DNA of 37,359 nt from Spirogloea muscicola (lineage: Eukaryota), in the NCBI GenBank assembly GCA_009602725.1, contig WELB01000015.1, forward strand, positions 1,082,822-1,120,180. Reading direction: 5' to 3'. Numbering within the stretch: position 1 is the first letter of the stretch; each line of letters begins with the position of its first letter. Position numbers and translations under genes: made by a program. The notes beneath the pieces were generated by a model that worked only from the letters and a program-made list of their open reading frames with translations, was not told where the DNA came from and did not search any database. Shown here one piece after another: positions 1 through 11,902 of this stretch.

Positions 1-297
1 CTGAGTAGTGTCGGAGCTTTTTCTGCTCAGCACCTCCCACTGCGTGGCCAGCAATGTGTGTGGAAGCGGAACTCTTGTATGCCTCAGTCACCACCACATC
101 AACCAAAGCTCGTGGGCCTCCGCCAGGTTGTACACCCACAATGTCCAGGGTGCGACGGTGATGGCCTCCCTGGGAATCCGTGGTGATGGGCATTACATTG
201 CTCACTTCAACGATGGCGCGGTAGCCGGCGTCGCGCATCAAGCCCGCCAGGGCGTCCCGTAGAAGATTGTGGACGCCCACCACCTCAGGGCCTGGAG
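1..297 (-). mobile_element. RLE non-LTR retrotransposon fragment (endonuclease domain), running off the window edge
   Basis: The minus strand translates GVHNLLRDALAGLMRDAGYRAIVEVSNVMP...RRTLDIVGVQPGGGPRALVDVVVTEAY...AEQK. This is collinear with HNLLRDAMYGIVKEAGYQVALE...RRVDLVGVP...DVVLTD...AERKK of the intact element. Confidence 0.85.
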
Positions 298-339
298 GGA
301 AGCTGAAGCTGAGGGGAAGGATGAAATTGTAGTAGGATA

Positions 340-672
340 GAGAGAGAAGGAGCGCGGGGCGCATGAAATGAAATGGAGGCCAAATCAAGCCGACACATTG
401 TTTAGGCAGAGTCTAGGGCAAATTAAACAGGGCTACATTATACGGAAACCGAAACCAAGGTGCCTAAGGTGACATCAGTACCCACGGGTGGCACAAACAA
501 ATCCGACAAGCTAACTTGGGGAGCTGGAGTGCCGCCACGAAAGCCGGAGGCCTGACTTAAAGCGCGCCCTGCACGTTGATGAAGAGCCAATGCTTGCGAG
601 CTCTGCAAACTAAGTGAGAGCCGATTCTATAGTATGCAACTAAGGCCTGCGGAATGCTGGAGTGTCCCAAGC
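340..672 (-). mobile_element. Decayed 3' end of an RLE retrotransposon (C-terminus plus divergent UTR)
   Basis: With frameshifts the minus strand reads LVAYYR-RLSLSLQSSQALALHQRAGRALSQASGFRGG...LSDLFV-TRGY*, with the stop near 476. This matches the C-terminus of the intact ORF. Confidence 0.75.
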
Positions 673-689
673 TGCCCCCCCGACTAGTC

Positions 690-910
690 GGATAGGGGCT
701 GGAAAAGCCAGCCCAAAAAAGAATCAACAAAGTACAAGAGCTGTTTCTTCCCGCCTTCTTGATACTCCGACCTGCATTTGTTGACTGGAAGGTTCCAAAG
801 AAGAAAGGCCGGCCAGATTGACTGGTGGCTGGGAAAAACCACCCCAAAGGAATGGACAAGGTCTGAAGGAGCCGGAGTCGGAGTCGCCTCAGAAGAAGCC
901 GGAGTCGAAG
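690..910 (-). mobile_element. Two RLE 3'-UTR remnants (hairpin copies at about 690-735 and 800-880)
   Basis: Reverse complements are TTTTTTGGGCTGGCTTTTCCAGCCCCTATCC and CTTCAGACCTTGTCCATTCCTTTGGGGTGG..CCAGCCACCAGTCAATCTGGCC. Both match the UTRs at 20250-20315 and 20390-20550. Confidence 0.75.
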
Positions 911-937
911 CAGTCAATTGTACAAAGGACTAGGAGC

Positions 938-1635
938 GTCCATCCGCAGAAGTTATGGGGAGTAAGTTTCGTGGTCTGCACCTTCCGGCCCTTCCGGACA
1001 TTGTGCAAAGTCGAGCTGGCCTCTCACAAGAAGAAAGGAAAAGACGCTTCCAAGGATCCTGTCACACAGTGCTGCTCACACTTGGTTACTGAGCTCCCAT
1101 TGGCGGTAGTGTAGTGTCTCATCAGCCCTCGCCCTGTTTGGAAGAGCCACTTTCTCACAGCCATCGCCTCACGTTGACTGAGCTGTTTGGACTCTCCAGT
1201 AGAGGGCAGAGGCTGGGCATGGTCTGCCCAGAAGAAACAAATTATCACAGTTCGAAGAAGCCAGAAAAGCACTACAGCGACGCAAGTGGCCACTAGCCAC
1301 TCAATATTTCCTGTTGAGCAGCCGCAGGTCAAGAGAAGGTAGTAGTTTCTTAGTAGCAGGCTGGCGACTCTTCTCCACCTTCTCGAGACTCCGACCTGCA
1401 ACTGTTGACGAACTTTACAGTCCATCCGCATGAGTCATAGGAGTAATTCGTGGTCTGCACCTTTCGGCCCTTTTGGACCTTGTCCAACTTTGGTCATCGC
1501 CTTACTTCGAATGACCTGCTGCCTTGCCGGACCTAGTCCATTACTCAGGAGGGGAGCTTAGTGATTCCTGGTCCGCATTTAAGACCTTGTAAATTAATTT
1601 TCTTGGGCTGGCCACTCACAGCATCACAGTCACCC
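938..1635 (+). repeat. Degenerate direct repeats (938-1010 and 1420-1490) plus a hairpin remnant (about 1545-1635); probably old RLE 3'-UTR pieces
   Basis: GTCCATCCGCA...TTCGTGGTCTGCACCTT.CGGCCCTT..GGAC.TTGT occurs twice. GACCTTGTCCA and TTGGGCTGGCCACTCACAGC resemble the UTR consensus. Confidence 0.5.
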
Positions 1636-2780
1636 GCAAGGTGGTCCCCATGGTCCTGATCCTTGAGACTCCTCCTCAATTCACGAGTACCAAAAACCAA
1701 TCCATCCTTTACTCATGCACGTTAGGTACCGTACACAGACTGCTCTCTTACTTGTGAGAGAGTCAATTCTCCTGCCCAGTCGCAAGTAAGTCTGCTCTTG
1801 AGGCACTTTCGGCTTTGCACCTTGTCACTCAGATACAATGTGGGATGATCTTTGCATTCATCACGATGGCTGCATCTTTGCCGCCCCGCTAAGCTTGCCT
1901 GCGCCGCCCGACCTCAGCAACCTTGGTTGTCAAGCTCTTCACATTTATAAATTTTGTTCATTTAGCAGCTACCTTCACGCACTTAACGCAGAAGTGACGA
2001 TGTCATGAAATGTGGAGAGAAGACGTGTGAAGAGCGCAAGGGTGCGCATTGTTCATTATGAGATGTGTATATTTTGAAAACTGGAAGCCCTCTTGCTCAG
2101 ACAAGTGACTCTTACTCATCATTATCAGAAGTAGTATCTGCTGTTCGCGTGTCATGCTTACTGTTGGACTGAGCAGGGACAGAAGGAAACAGCAAAGGAG
2201 GCCGAGTATGCAGGGATTGAAAAGCAAACGCAGGGTCGTCACCTGAGCAGCGTCATGTGTAATGTGTGGAAAGTGCGCTGAGGAAGCTGCAACTACACCA
2301 CCCAAGCTGCAGCCACGGTGATGGATTTGGAGGCTTCTGTTTATGCTAACAAGTTGCAGCCCCAAGTGTCATTGAAATGGTCCGCAGTGACACCTCACAG
2401 TGTGCGCGGGGACGAGTACAAGGCAAGCTGTGCGCGTCAAGGAGGAGCAGGTTAAGTGCTTGATCAACCAGGCATCAGATGTCAATCTCCTGGGGCGATT
2501 TTGGAAGAGTTGGATCTCCTGGATTTAGACACACTTTACATCGTGGCAACTATAGTGGCCAGGGTGAAGGGGTGTTTCCATTGGGAGTTTCACAGTGTTG
2601 CTAAGACGGGGAACTTGCGCATTAAGTATAGATGACTGTAGGTCAGGCTGAGAGAATGCCACCCAGTTGTGACTGAACAGTCGATCAGTAACTTCATCAA
2701 AGCTAAGTGCCTAGACCTTCCAAGGTTATGGTCGCTTGCTCACATAAGTGACTGCACACTTTGTGCAGGTTCTCAAATTG

Positions 2781-5197
2781 CTAAGCACTTGTCAAGCCAC
2801 AGCATGCTAGTGCCAATTGTATATCATTGGGAAGACTTGACCTGAACGTGATCCTGGCATGCGAAGTTGGGTGCTTGAGTGTCAGCTCTGCTGCATGCAA
2901 CGCTTGTCTCTGCAGAGGGCCCTTGCCGTCTCGACACCTCCTAATCTCCAACTCACTTGCCTCCACGGAGAGGTACCGAGTCTTGGTAGTTCTTCCAACT
3001 GTAGTTTGTGGTCTGCGATTTGAGGACAAGTTTGTATATGAAGCAGGCTCAGAGGATGCTGGCAGGACATTGATCAAGGATGACTGCTGTCTTTCCCCCG
3101 TCATGTCATTGGGTATGTCCCCAGAAGTTGTAGTCTCCAAGTCAGGCCTCATCGAGGACGCAGTAGCAGGATCCCCTAGCACGGGTCCATAGGTGCCGTC
3201 CCAGAAGAGAGGGCAGACGCCGTAGATCTCGTCGCACACAATGGGCAGGCCGACGTGCTGCAGATGCACCCGGATCTGATGGGTTCTTCCAGTGAGTAAC
3301 TGAGCCTCAAGGAGGGACGTGCTGCAGGCACAACAACCCAGGAGGATGATAAGGGGACCATCACTATTTGCATAGGGCCCAATTGTGCAGACTATAAGTA
3401 CTTGCAAGGGGTAGTTAGAGTATGTCAGAAGCTGCTTGCGGCAGCATGAAAGGCTTGGGTCCATGTGATGCCTTCGGTCATCCGGGCATATGTAGCAAGA
3501 CGTATCTTAGCATACGTGAACATCCAGCACAAGTCGTTAGCTGGCATGACAAGAACTTGAGTCATTGATGATTGCTTCTCCAGAGCTCATTTCATTGCGG
3601 AGGCCATATGACTAGCGAACCCACTTGGTGCTTTGATTTGAAGAAAGCGTCCGAAAATTTGTGATGGCTTTTTGACCAGTCGGCGAGACTTTTCGAGCAA
3701 ATCGATGCTCCATGTCTCGACTTATTGGCGCCTCAACTTCGAAGTGAGGTGTTTTGGGTACTCCAGCAACTAGAACAAGGTATTGTTTATCAACCTGCAG
3801 TTAGCCACTAGCATCAGCTATTACGATTTGGAGTCGTTGGAGTCAGAAATATAAGTGCAACAGGTCCACTTTACGATTCTCAGACCCCAAAAGATACATG
3901 TTGTCTACAACCTTGATGAGTTCTGTAGGAATATGCAGCTGAGCCATACTCTTTCCATATTCAATCGCTTGACAAAGCAGTGTGCTCTACTGATTGCATG
4001 GCATGGGGCATACTTGACCATCTTGCAGTTGTTGCGCAAGCGCTCTAGCCGCCGTGATAGTTTTTGCAAAGCACAGCACTCCGCTTGTGTACATGTCAAG
4101 CCTATGGAGCGTGTACGGTTCCTTGCCCAGGTACCCCAGCTGCAAGTCATGCTGGCACTTTAATGGATTGACTAGTTGTGTAAGTACAAATATCCAGCCA
4201 ACAACTTCGTAGCTCGTCCTTGGAGCTCATAAAGCATCAAACTCATACACTTACACTGCATACAGCACAACATTCCACGCTTCATAATGCAGAGGACGAC
4301 AAGGTGTTATGGCAGCACACACCACACGGTTTACTAGCGAGCCGCCGACAAAGCGATGGAGCGGCTCGTGCTTGATGCCCGCAGGTTTGTCCACCACCTG
4401 CCATCCTGATGAGACTTTGGAGCTGAGGAGAAAAAGGTCGACTAGGAACGGGGTGAAGCCCACATTGCCTGGTCGTATAGAAATTAAATTTTGTCAGCTA
4501 TCCGGAGCTCTGACAACCTGTCACAATGAAGTATGAGGAAACGGTTCCTGGACGCTGGGACTGAGGCTAACATGGCCTGTTCAGCGCAGACTACACTCCT
4601 GCCAAAGTAAATCTGACATTCTACCAAGCACATTGCTCCAGTCCCGCATACTCCAGAAGAGGCTGGACGCATTCATTGGATGGAGATTCACAAGCACAAA
4701 AGGCAGGCACGAATGCTTACTGTCTGCTCTCATCCCTTCCTTACCTGCTCAGCTAAAAGACTAGTATGACCTTAGTAACTTAAACCCCAAACACCTAACC
4801 CGAAACCCTAAACCCTAAGCCCTATACCCCCCTGACCCAACACCCAGAAGCTGATCTCCAGCTGCTCTCTACTCCGCAATCTTGCCTCTTCAGGCCTAAC
4901 TCCTTAAAACTCAGTTTCTGCTCGTAATGGAGCTTCTTGATGTGGGTCATGGGGGCTCACGAGGAGGTCATCGTCCTCGAAGATGATGGCAAGGGGGCCT
5001 CGGTCCACCACGAGCGCCGGCTTCTCCACCTTCGCTTGCAAGGAGCGCGAGCTCCTGCAAGGAGCGCCGGCGCTGCTGGGCGACGCAGCTGATGGGACCG
5101 CTCGCTCGGCCTCCATCGAGAGCTTCCTTTGAGACAAGAGCTGGAAAGCTAAACCCACAGCACCACCATGGCTGCGCAGCCGCCGCGCCACCTCCAT
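2781..5197 (-). CDS. RluA/RluD-family RNA pseudouridine synthase, 5 exons (5197-4961, 4397-4323, 4139-4014, 3794-3625, 3321-2781), about 382 aa, with a probable organellar targeting extension
   Basis: The spliced product contains [16 protein letters not shown] (motif I), [10 protein letters not shown] (catalytic Asp), [18 protein letters not shown]...PIVCD and [14 protein letters not shown]. All four introns are GT-AG and keep the frame (237+75+126+170+541 = 1149 nt). Confidence 0.92.
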
Positions 5198-5309
5198 TGG
5201 GAATGACTGCGGCAACAATTCAAGGGCGATACGTCTCCGCGAGGGCCCACGCCAAGCCTTACAGTCGGTGAAAGTCTGTGACAATAGGTCCAGGGTTTGG
5301 GGTTTTGGG

Positions 5310-5610
5310 AGAAGAAGTGGCACTCCCACTGGAGGCTCCCTCAGACCTTGTCCATTCCTTTGGGCTGGCCTTTCCCAGCCACCAGTCAATCTGGCCGCGC
5401 TTCTTGGGCAAGGGCTGCGAAAAGCCAGCCCACCAGAAATTGTCAAAGATTCGGAGGGCCCTACATGCGTGCAGCAGCTACAGAGGGTCCTGAAGATGCT
5501 ATTTCAGAACAGGGGGAGGATGGATCACGCAGTAGTTACGAGTGAGGAGCCTCAGATCCGACAGACTAGCTGCCGGAAAATTACACCCCTGACGAAAGCC
5601 GGAGCGGGTG
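5310..5610 (-). mobile_element. 5'-truncated RLE 3' end interrupted by an oppositely oriented ~70-bp 3' tip of another subfamily (about 5335-5405, +)
   Basis: Matches 8715-8940 (SGFRQG..FPAASLSDLRLLTR..* plus UTR). The insert matches the reverse complement of 21049-21122. Confidence 0.85.
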
Positions 5611-6894
5611 GGAGAAGGTGTGGGAGTTCCTGGACAGGAGTGCAGGGTTCAGGGTACTGTGCTCGCTGTGGTGGTCCTTCCAGTGAAACCCGACATTGTC
5701 TCGCCAAACGACGTTTGCCATCTTCCCACCGGCCAAACTCCATCTGAATACTTAGCTCATGAGCCACTTGTATTTGTCGGGCTTGGCACTCTTCAAGCCC
5801 AGCGGAGTGACCAACTAGGATGACCAACTTGCGACGTGCTGCAGTTGCACAATTACTGGGCACGAGCCAGATCAAGTGCGAGCATGAGGATCACTTGAGG
5901 CACAAATGGCGTTACTGTCTGGCTGGCAGAAGCACCAGGGCACTTCACCTTCACTATCCTACCTGCCTACCGTTACCTAACCCCATGTATAGTCAGATTA
6001 TACTTGCGCTCCATGCATGTTGCTTGACTTACATATTGCACTTGCACTGTAAACTGGAGAATTGAAAGCTTTTATCACCTTCATCATTAGCATGAGTGAA
6101 TTTTGTCTCAGGTGTCTTAGTAGCTATGATTGGTTTCCAGGGCTAAGCCATCAGATGGAGTAGGAGGTGATCTGATATTATCTTGCAATGTGCTTCTTAG
6201 CCGACGTCTTTCATGTCCGTGCGGCTAATGCTCTTCTGCTACTGTTTGTCAGCGTTGCCTTTACAAAGTTCTTCTTTGACAACGTGCTGCTGTAGATGTC
6301 TTGGGCTTCTGCAGCCACTTTGCATTGTGCCATAATCCGTATTTCTTTGTCGGACGTCTGCAGCCTCTTAGCACTTGTGCCATGAGACTTATTAGTATGT
6401 GATGGAACGCAACCGTTGACCTGCTTGCAAGAGCAAAGCTTCCTTTGACGAGCTCAAGATTTGTAGGGTGCCTGCCAGCTAACTATAGAAAGGCTCGTCA
6501 CCCCTAATTACGGACCCGCGAAGTTAATTTGCTCTGAAGAGCTAGCTCATCTAAGAAAGTCACGAAAGACAAGCAGCGAAGGGGCATGGGATGGGAATTG
6601 GACAGGAGAATGTTGGGAGGGATGGAACCAAGGCGGCCGCTGTGGCAGAAGATGAGGAGCTCTTCCAAATGAGAAAGGCACTCGGTGCGCTTAAGATGAA
6701 AGTAATGCCAAGCCGAGCCAAACCACTCTTCATGCAATATCGAAAGGAAGCGCAGAGATTGGGGTTACAAAAGGAAAAGAATGGACAAGGTCAAGGTCAA
6801 GGTCAAGGTAAAACCCCAGAAGATACCAGAACAACTGGCGACAAGTACCCAAAACTGTCGGCCAGAGCACACCAGCAGTGTGAGCCACCTCGAT

Positions 6895-7105
6895 GAGAGA
6901 AAGACGCGTCCAAGAGGAGAAGGACGGTGGCTGGGAGAGGCCAGCCCAGACAAAAGAATGACAAAGGTCAAAGGGGCCAATGGAAAGCGCTAAAGCTAGC
7001 ACACATGGCATCAAGCAGCTACGTAACACTCAGTAACCCCTGCTAAGCAGCCTTAGGTCGGAGGAACTGGGCTCCTGGTATGGGTCCCCTGGCCAGGGCC
7101 AGAGG
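6895..7105 (-). mobile_element. RLE retrotransposon 3' end
   Basis: The minus strand has ...GACCTAAGGCTGCTTAGCAGGGGTTACTGAGTG (DLRLLSRGY*) followed by the GGGCTGGCCTCTCCCAGCC hairpin. Confidence 0.8.
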
Positions 7106-7404
7106 ATGAGGGCCGCCGAGCGGAATGGCTGCTCCAGGAGCGGCTGCTCATCTGGCTCTTCCCGACCTTGTCCTTCTTGTAGGCTGACTTTCAAAGCGCC
7201 CCTCTGGAAGCATGCGTTGCATCAGAAAGCTGGTCGAGCTTTCGCTGGTAGGTCAAGAGCTTGTCGATTGCCGTCGGGTATCCAAGCATCAGTTAGCTGA
7301 CTCGTGGCTACTGAGCGGGTCAGCTTAGCAGCAGGAGACGTACATTTGTCAATGTGCTTGCCTTTGTACTTGGCCACACATGGCCTCCCCATCGCTTAAT
7401 ACAC

Positions 7405-7615
7405 ACGCATTTTCTTTGGAAGCAAAGACAGGCCAGCAAAAGGATGAATAAAGTCCGAAGGGAAGATTTGCTCGCCCACAGCGACAGCGCGACCAGAATG
7501 ACTGGGGGCTGTCAGAGGCCAGCCCAAAGGAATGGACAAATGTTTGAAGGAGCCGAATGGAGCAGAAAGCAAGGTACACAGAGAGTAGGTGCTGGGAAAG
7601 GCCAGCCCAAAAAGC
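7405..7615 (-). repeat. Cluster of 2-3 isolated RLE 3'-UTR hairpin remnants
   Basis: The minus strand has TTGTCCATTCCTTTGGGCTGGCCTCTGACAGCCCCCAGTCATTCTGGTCGCGC (about 7487-7540), with partial copies near 7410 and 7590. Confidence 0.65.
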
Positions 7616-7792
7616 CCCTGGTTGGAGAAAAGCACCCGGCTGGAATAAGTATCACCGTTTGTAAACAGAAGTGCCACACCTGAAGCTCCGCCTACAGGCC
7701 AGGACTCTGCTTGGCTAGCAGCAGCCTGCCCTGCATGGCCTCACTACCAGATGAGCAGACCTGCAAAGAATGTGGCAGAAGAGTCACCACAC

Positions 7793-7949
7793 CCAACGGC
7801 ACCAAGTGCTTGGTGGCCGCTCCAATGCCACCGACTCCTTGCCCACGGCTGCCGGCGCAGGCAGAAGGGGTAGAATCGACCTACAGGGGCCCCTTTCGGA
7901 AGCCCCTGACAATTCGCTGCAGGCGGTCGGGGTGTCCCCTCCCCCGCGC
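7793..7949 (-). mobile_element. Solo copy of the linker repeat of the protease-methyltransferase element
   Basis: Near-identical to 12915-13070 and to the reverse complement of 10500-10650. Confidence 0.85.
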
Positions 7950-8940
7950 ATCGAGCATGATGCATTGCTCATGGGTGACCACATGCTCAGGTGTGCCAGA
8001 GGCAGTGAGCGCACGGGCTCCCACAACCTCCTACGTGACGCCATGTATGGCATCGTCAAGGAGGCGGGATATCAAGTGGCGTTGGAGAGCACCGGGGTGA
8101 TGCCCGTCCAGCTCCGCAATGGGGTCCCTCGGACGAGGCGTGTCGATCTGGTTGGCGTCCCCCTGGGAGGTGGCAAGCGGCTCCTCATGGACGTCGTCCT
8201 AACCGACAGCTTCCGGACGAAGGNNNNNNNNNNNNNNNNNNNNNNNNNNNNNNNNNNNNNNNNNNNNNNNNNNNNNNNNNNNNNNNNNNNNNNNNNNNNN
8301 NNNNNNNNNNNNNNNNNNNNNNNNNNNNNNNNNNNNNNNNNNNNNNNNNNNNNNNNNNNNNNNNNNNNNNNNNNNNNNNNNNNNNNNNNNNNNNNNNNNN
8401 NNNNNNNNNNNNNNNNNNNNNNNNNNNNNNNNNNNNNNNNNNNNNNNNNNNNNNNNNNNNNNNNNNNNNNNNNNNNNNNNNNNNNNNNNNNNNNNNNNNN
8501 NNNNNNNNNNNNNNNNNNNNNNNNNNNNNNNNNNNNNNNNNNNNNNNNNNNNNNNNNNNNNNNNNNNNNNNNNNNNNNNNNNNNNNNNNNNNNNNNNNNN
8601 NNNNNNNNNNNNNNNNNNNNNNNNNNNNNNNNNNNATCGGATGCGCCTCTCTGTATCCCTGCAGCGGTCCATGGCCCACGCTCTGCATCTGCGAGCTGGC
8701 CGTGCTCTCGCTGCGGGCTCTGGCTTTCGTCAGGGTGATAGCTTCCCGGCAGCTAGTCTGTCGGATCTGAGGCTCCTCACTCGTACTTATTGAGTGATCC
8801 ATCCTCCCCCTGTTTTACCATTGCATCCTCAGGCCCCTTTGTAGCTGCTCACCGCTCTTAGGCCCCTCTGCACCTTTGTGAATTCTTTTTGGGCTGGCTT
8901 TTCGCAGCCCTTGCCCCTATTGGGAGTGCCACTTCTTCTC
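7950..8940 (+). mobile_element. 5'-truncated RLE copy or copies spanning an N gap
   Basis: 7950-8223 is almost identical to 18415-18689 of the intact element. 8636-8940 encodes RMRLSVSLQRSMAHALHLRAGRALAAGSG...DLRLLTRTY* plus the hairpin UTR. The two sides look like different subfamilies. Confidence 0.85.
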
Positions 8941-9269
8941 TCCGACCGCCGCTGGCCCGTCTGCAGCCACCTCCGTCAAGCGCGCAAACGACAAGGGTTA
9001 CCGCGCGCCCTGCTCCTCCTGGCGGCCGTGCTCCCTACCCGCCAAGCGATCTGCGCCCTCTGGAAGCTGGCGGCTGCCGCGCCTACGCCGTCCCGTCATA
9101 GCTGCGTCAAACTGGACACCTATACCATAACGGTGACGGTGGTCAGCCTCCTCCTCTTATCTCCGCCGCTGCTCCGCCTGCGCTGCCGTGGCGGTGGCTT
9201 CCATTGTAGCTTGCATCTGGGCGACCTGCGCCTTGAGCAGCTCCAGTTCGGTGGACCCACCAGTTGGAG

Positions 9270-10400
9270 CTGGCGGATCGCGCATGAAAGCAGCTGTTAC
9301 TGGTGGCGCAGGAGCTGCCAGCGTGTCCGCCGGCAAACGTGCAGCTGCATGGAGAGCCGTTGGTAGACAGCACAACTATTGAGTGGACGATCCCGGACGG
9401 CAGGGTTGTCCATGTGGAGCTCTTTGGCGGCATCGCCAGCGGGCTGACGGCGGTGCTGGCCACCCGACGGTACGTGTACGTCGACCCGGATCCGGTGGCA
9501 CAGGCCGCAGCAGCGCATCACATTCGGCGGCTGATGAACGAGTACCCGGAGCTGCTGACCCCGGAGGCCATCAAGGGGTACCTCACCACCCTGCCGGCTG
9601 ACATCCAGCTGGTGGGCCCACATCACCTCAGGAGGTTGGGATAGGTGGATCTGGTGATTGCATTTTGGGAGTGCCAAGGCCATTCCAGCGCTGGTGCAGG
9701 TCGAGGGTTAGCTGACGCCCGCTCACGGCTCTTTTGGGAGCTGGAGCGTATTTTGGCACTGCTGCAGGGGGGGGCAGGAGGCCCCCCTAGCATACGTGTT
9801 GAAGAACTTGCCAGCAGGCAACGACCGCCGCGAGAATTTGCGGCGTGACTTCCAGGTGGTGGAGAGCCGCATTGGGCGCGGTGTGCCTCTGGACGCAGCT
9901 GCTTTGGGCAGCGGCGCGCACCGGTTGCAAATGAAGTGGACCAACCTGGCTCAGCCAGAGTTGGTGGCAGCTGCAGTCACGTTAGTCAAGCGCCCAGCTG
10001 GGCTGTTAGTGGCAGACATATTGGACCCGGGGAGGGTGCCTCAGCCAGTGAAGCGGGACGACATATCTCCACACGCGCTGTGCAACAAGGTGGGGCAGCC
10101 ATGGGCGGCGTTGCCCAGCGGCGTTGCCCACGCTAGTGAGCTACCTGGCGTCTTACGCGTTCAGGAATGGAGGCCAGGGTATGGTGTGGGAGAACACCAC
10201 GCAGCGCCTGGAGGAGCCCCGTGCCGACGAGCGGGAGCGGGCGTTGGGCTTCCAGACCGGCACAACAGCGGCTCCTGGGCTCACCAAGCGGCAGCGTCGG
10301 AAGCTGTTGGGGCAGGCTATGGATTTGAGGGCTCTCACGTGGGTGCTGTTGGTAGGCTTTGCCGCGCAGCAAAGCCAGCAGGCAGCGTCGCAGCTAACGC
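9270..10400 (+). pseudogene. Retroelement-borne C5 cytosine DNA methyltransferase domain (DNMT3-like), disrupted
   Basis: Ordered C5-MTase motifs across frames: I VELFGGIA, II YVYVDPD, IV DLVIAFWECQGHS, SRLFWE, VI YVLKNL (ENL in the mirror copy), VIII GSGAHRL, IX ERERALGF, X LLGQAMD. There is an in-frame stop at 9642-9644 and frameshifts. Confidence 0.85.
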
Positions 10401-10879
10401 AGGGGCTCTCCATACAGTGGGCGGCGCACGCAGGCGCTGGCGGCTTCCCACTGGGGGGGGGAGTCGAGCCGCAGCTCGAACAGGTGGTGCTCAAGGCCGC
10501 ACGGGGGGCGGACACCCCGACCGCCTGCAGCGAGATTTCAGGGGCTTCCGAAAGGGGCACCTGCAGGTCGATTCAACCCCTTCTGCCTGCGCCTGCAGCC
10601 GTGGGCGAGGAATCGGTGGCATTGGAGCGGCCACCAAGCACTTGTGCCGTTGGGGCGGCCCATGCAGAAGGGAGCCAGGCGCTCAAGGCCGCGCGGGGGG
10701 TTGACACCCCGACCGCCTGCAGCGAGAATTCAGGGGCTTCCAAAAGGGGCCCCTGCAGGTCGATTCAACTCCTTCTGCCTGCGCCGGCATCCGCGGGCGA
10801 GGAGTTGGTGGCCTTGGAGCGGCCACCAAGCACTCGTGCCGTTGGGGCCCATGCAGGGGAGAGCCCGTCGCTTCCTAAG

Positions 10880-11902
10880 CGTCTGGTGGCGGAACGAGTG
10901 GGGATCACCCCCAACGTGGCGCTGGTAGTACAACAAGATGGCTTTGTAAAAGCCAACGGCAAAACTCCTGCCCGTGTCATGCTGGACCCGGGTGCGCAGC
11001 CGGTGCTGCTTGGCCGCAGCATGGTTCCGCTGCTGGGGCTGCGTCCACAGGACCTGCCGCCGTCACCGGTGGCCATCAAGACGGCGACGGGCGGCGTCAC
11101 GACGGGGCTGCGGCAGACATGCAAGCCTATTTGAATTACCCTCAACCAGAGCGGCGCAGACGAGGTCAGCCGGCGCCTCCATTGCTTGGTAACTGAGGCC
11201 ACTACATACGACGTGCTGTTAGGCACGGAGTTCGTGTACCCATGTGGGGTGAGTGTAGACCTGTGGGAGGAAGTGGGGAGTTACCGGCCCAGGTACGCAT
11301 GTGGAGAGGGACGCAAGGTAGAGTTCCCACTGCAGCTGGTTGCCGCAGTGGAGGAAGGAGCCCCATTCGCGTGCTACGGGGAGAGTGCGTGGGTGGGCAG
11401 CGATCTGCTGTCCATGCCGCCGAAGGAGGCGGCCTCCACGCCACTGGCGGCAGTGCGCTCAGGAGTGGCTTTTGCAGGCCACGGGGCCGGTGCGCATATG
11501 GTGCAGGTGGAAGAGCTGGTGGATTGCGCGTGAAAGAGCAGCGATCTGCTGTCCATGCCGCTGGAGGAGGCGGCCTCCACGCCACTGGCGGCAGTGCGTT
11601 CAGGAGCGGCATTTGCAGGCCACGGGGCTGCTGCGCACGCGGTGCAGGTGGAAGAGCTGGTGGATCGCGCATGGAAGCAGCTCTTACTGGTGGCGCAGGC
11701 GCTGCCAGTGTGTCCGCCGGCAGTTGTGCAGCTGCATGGAGAGCCGTTGGTGGACAGCACAACCATTGAGTGGACGATCTCGGACGGCGGGGTTGTCCTT
11801 GTGGAGGGAGAGCCGTTGGTGGACAGCACAACTATTGAGTGGACGATCCCGGACGGCGGGGTTGTCCTTGTGGAGCTCTTTGGCGGCATCGCCGCCGGGC
11901 TG
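10880..11902 (+). mobile_element. Retropepsin-type aspartic protease region leading into a second, truncated methyltransferase N-terminus (Ty3/gypsy-like pol fragment)
   Basis: ARVMLD(P/T)GAQPVLLG...IKTATGG...YDVLLGTEF, with D-T-G in the mirror copy near 12580. It is followed by EWTIPDGGVVLVELFGGIA. Local tandem duplications lie at about 11395-11670 and 11740-11875. Confidence 0.75.

Noticed and set aside
5612..6890. Short ORFs between retro fragments
   Set aside because: No recognisable motifs or consistent exon chain.
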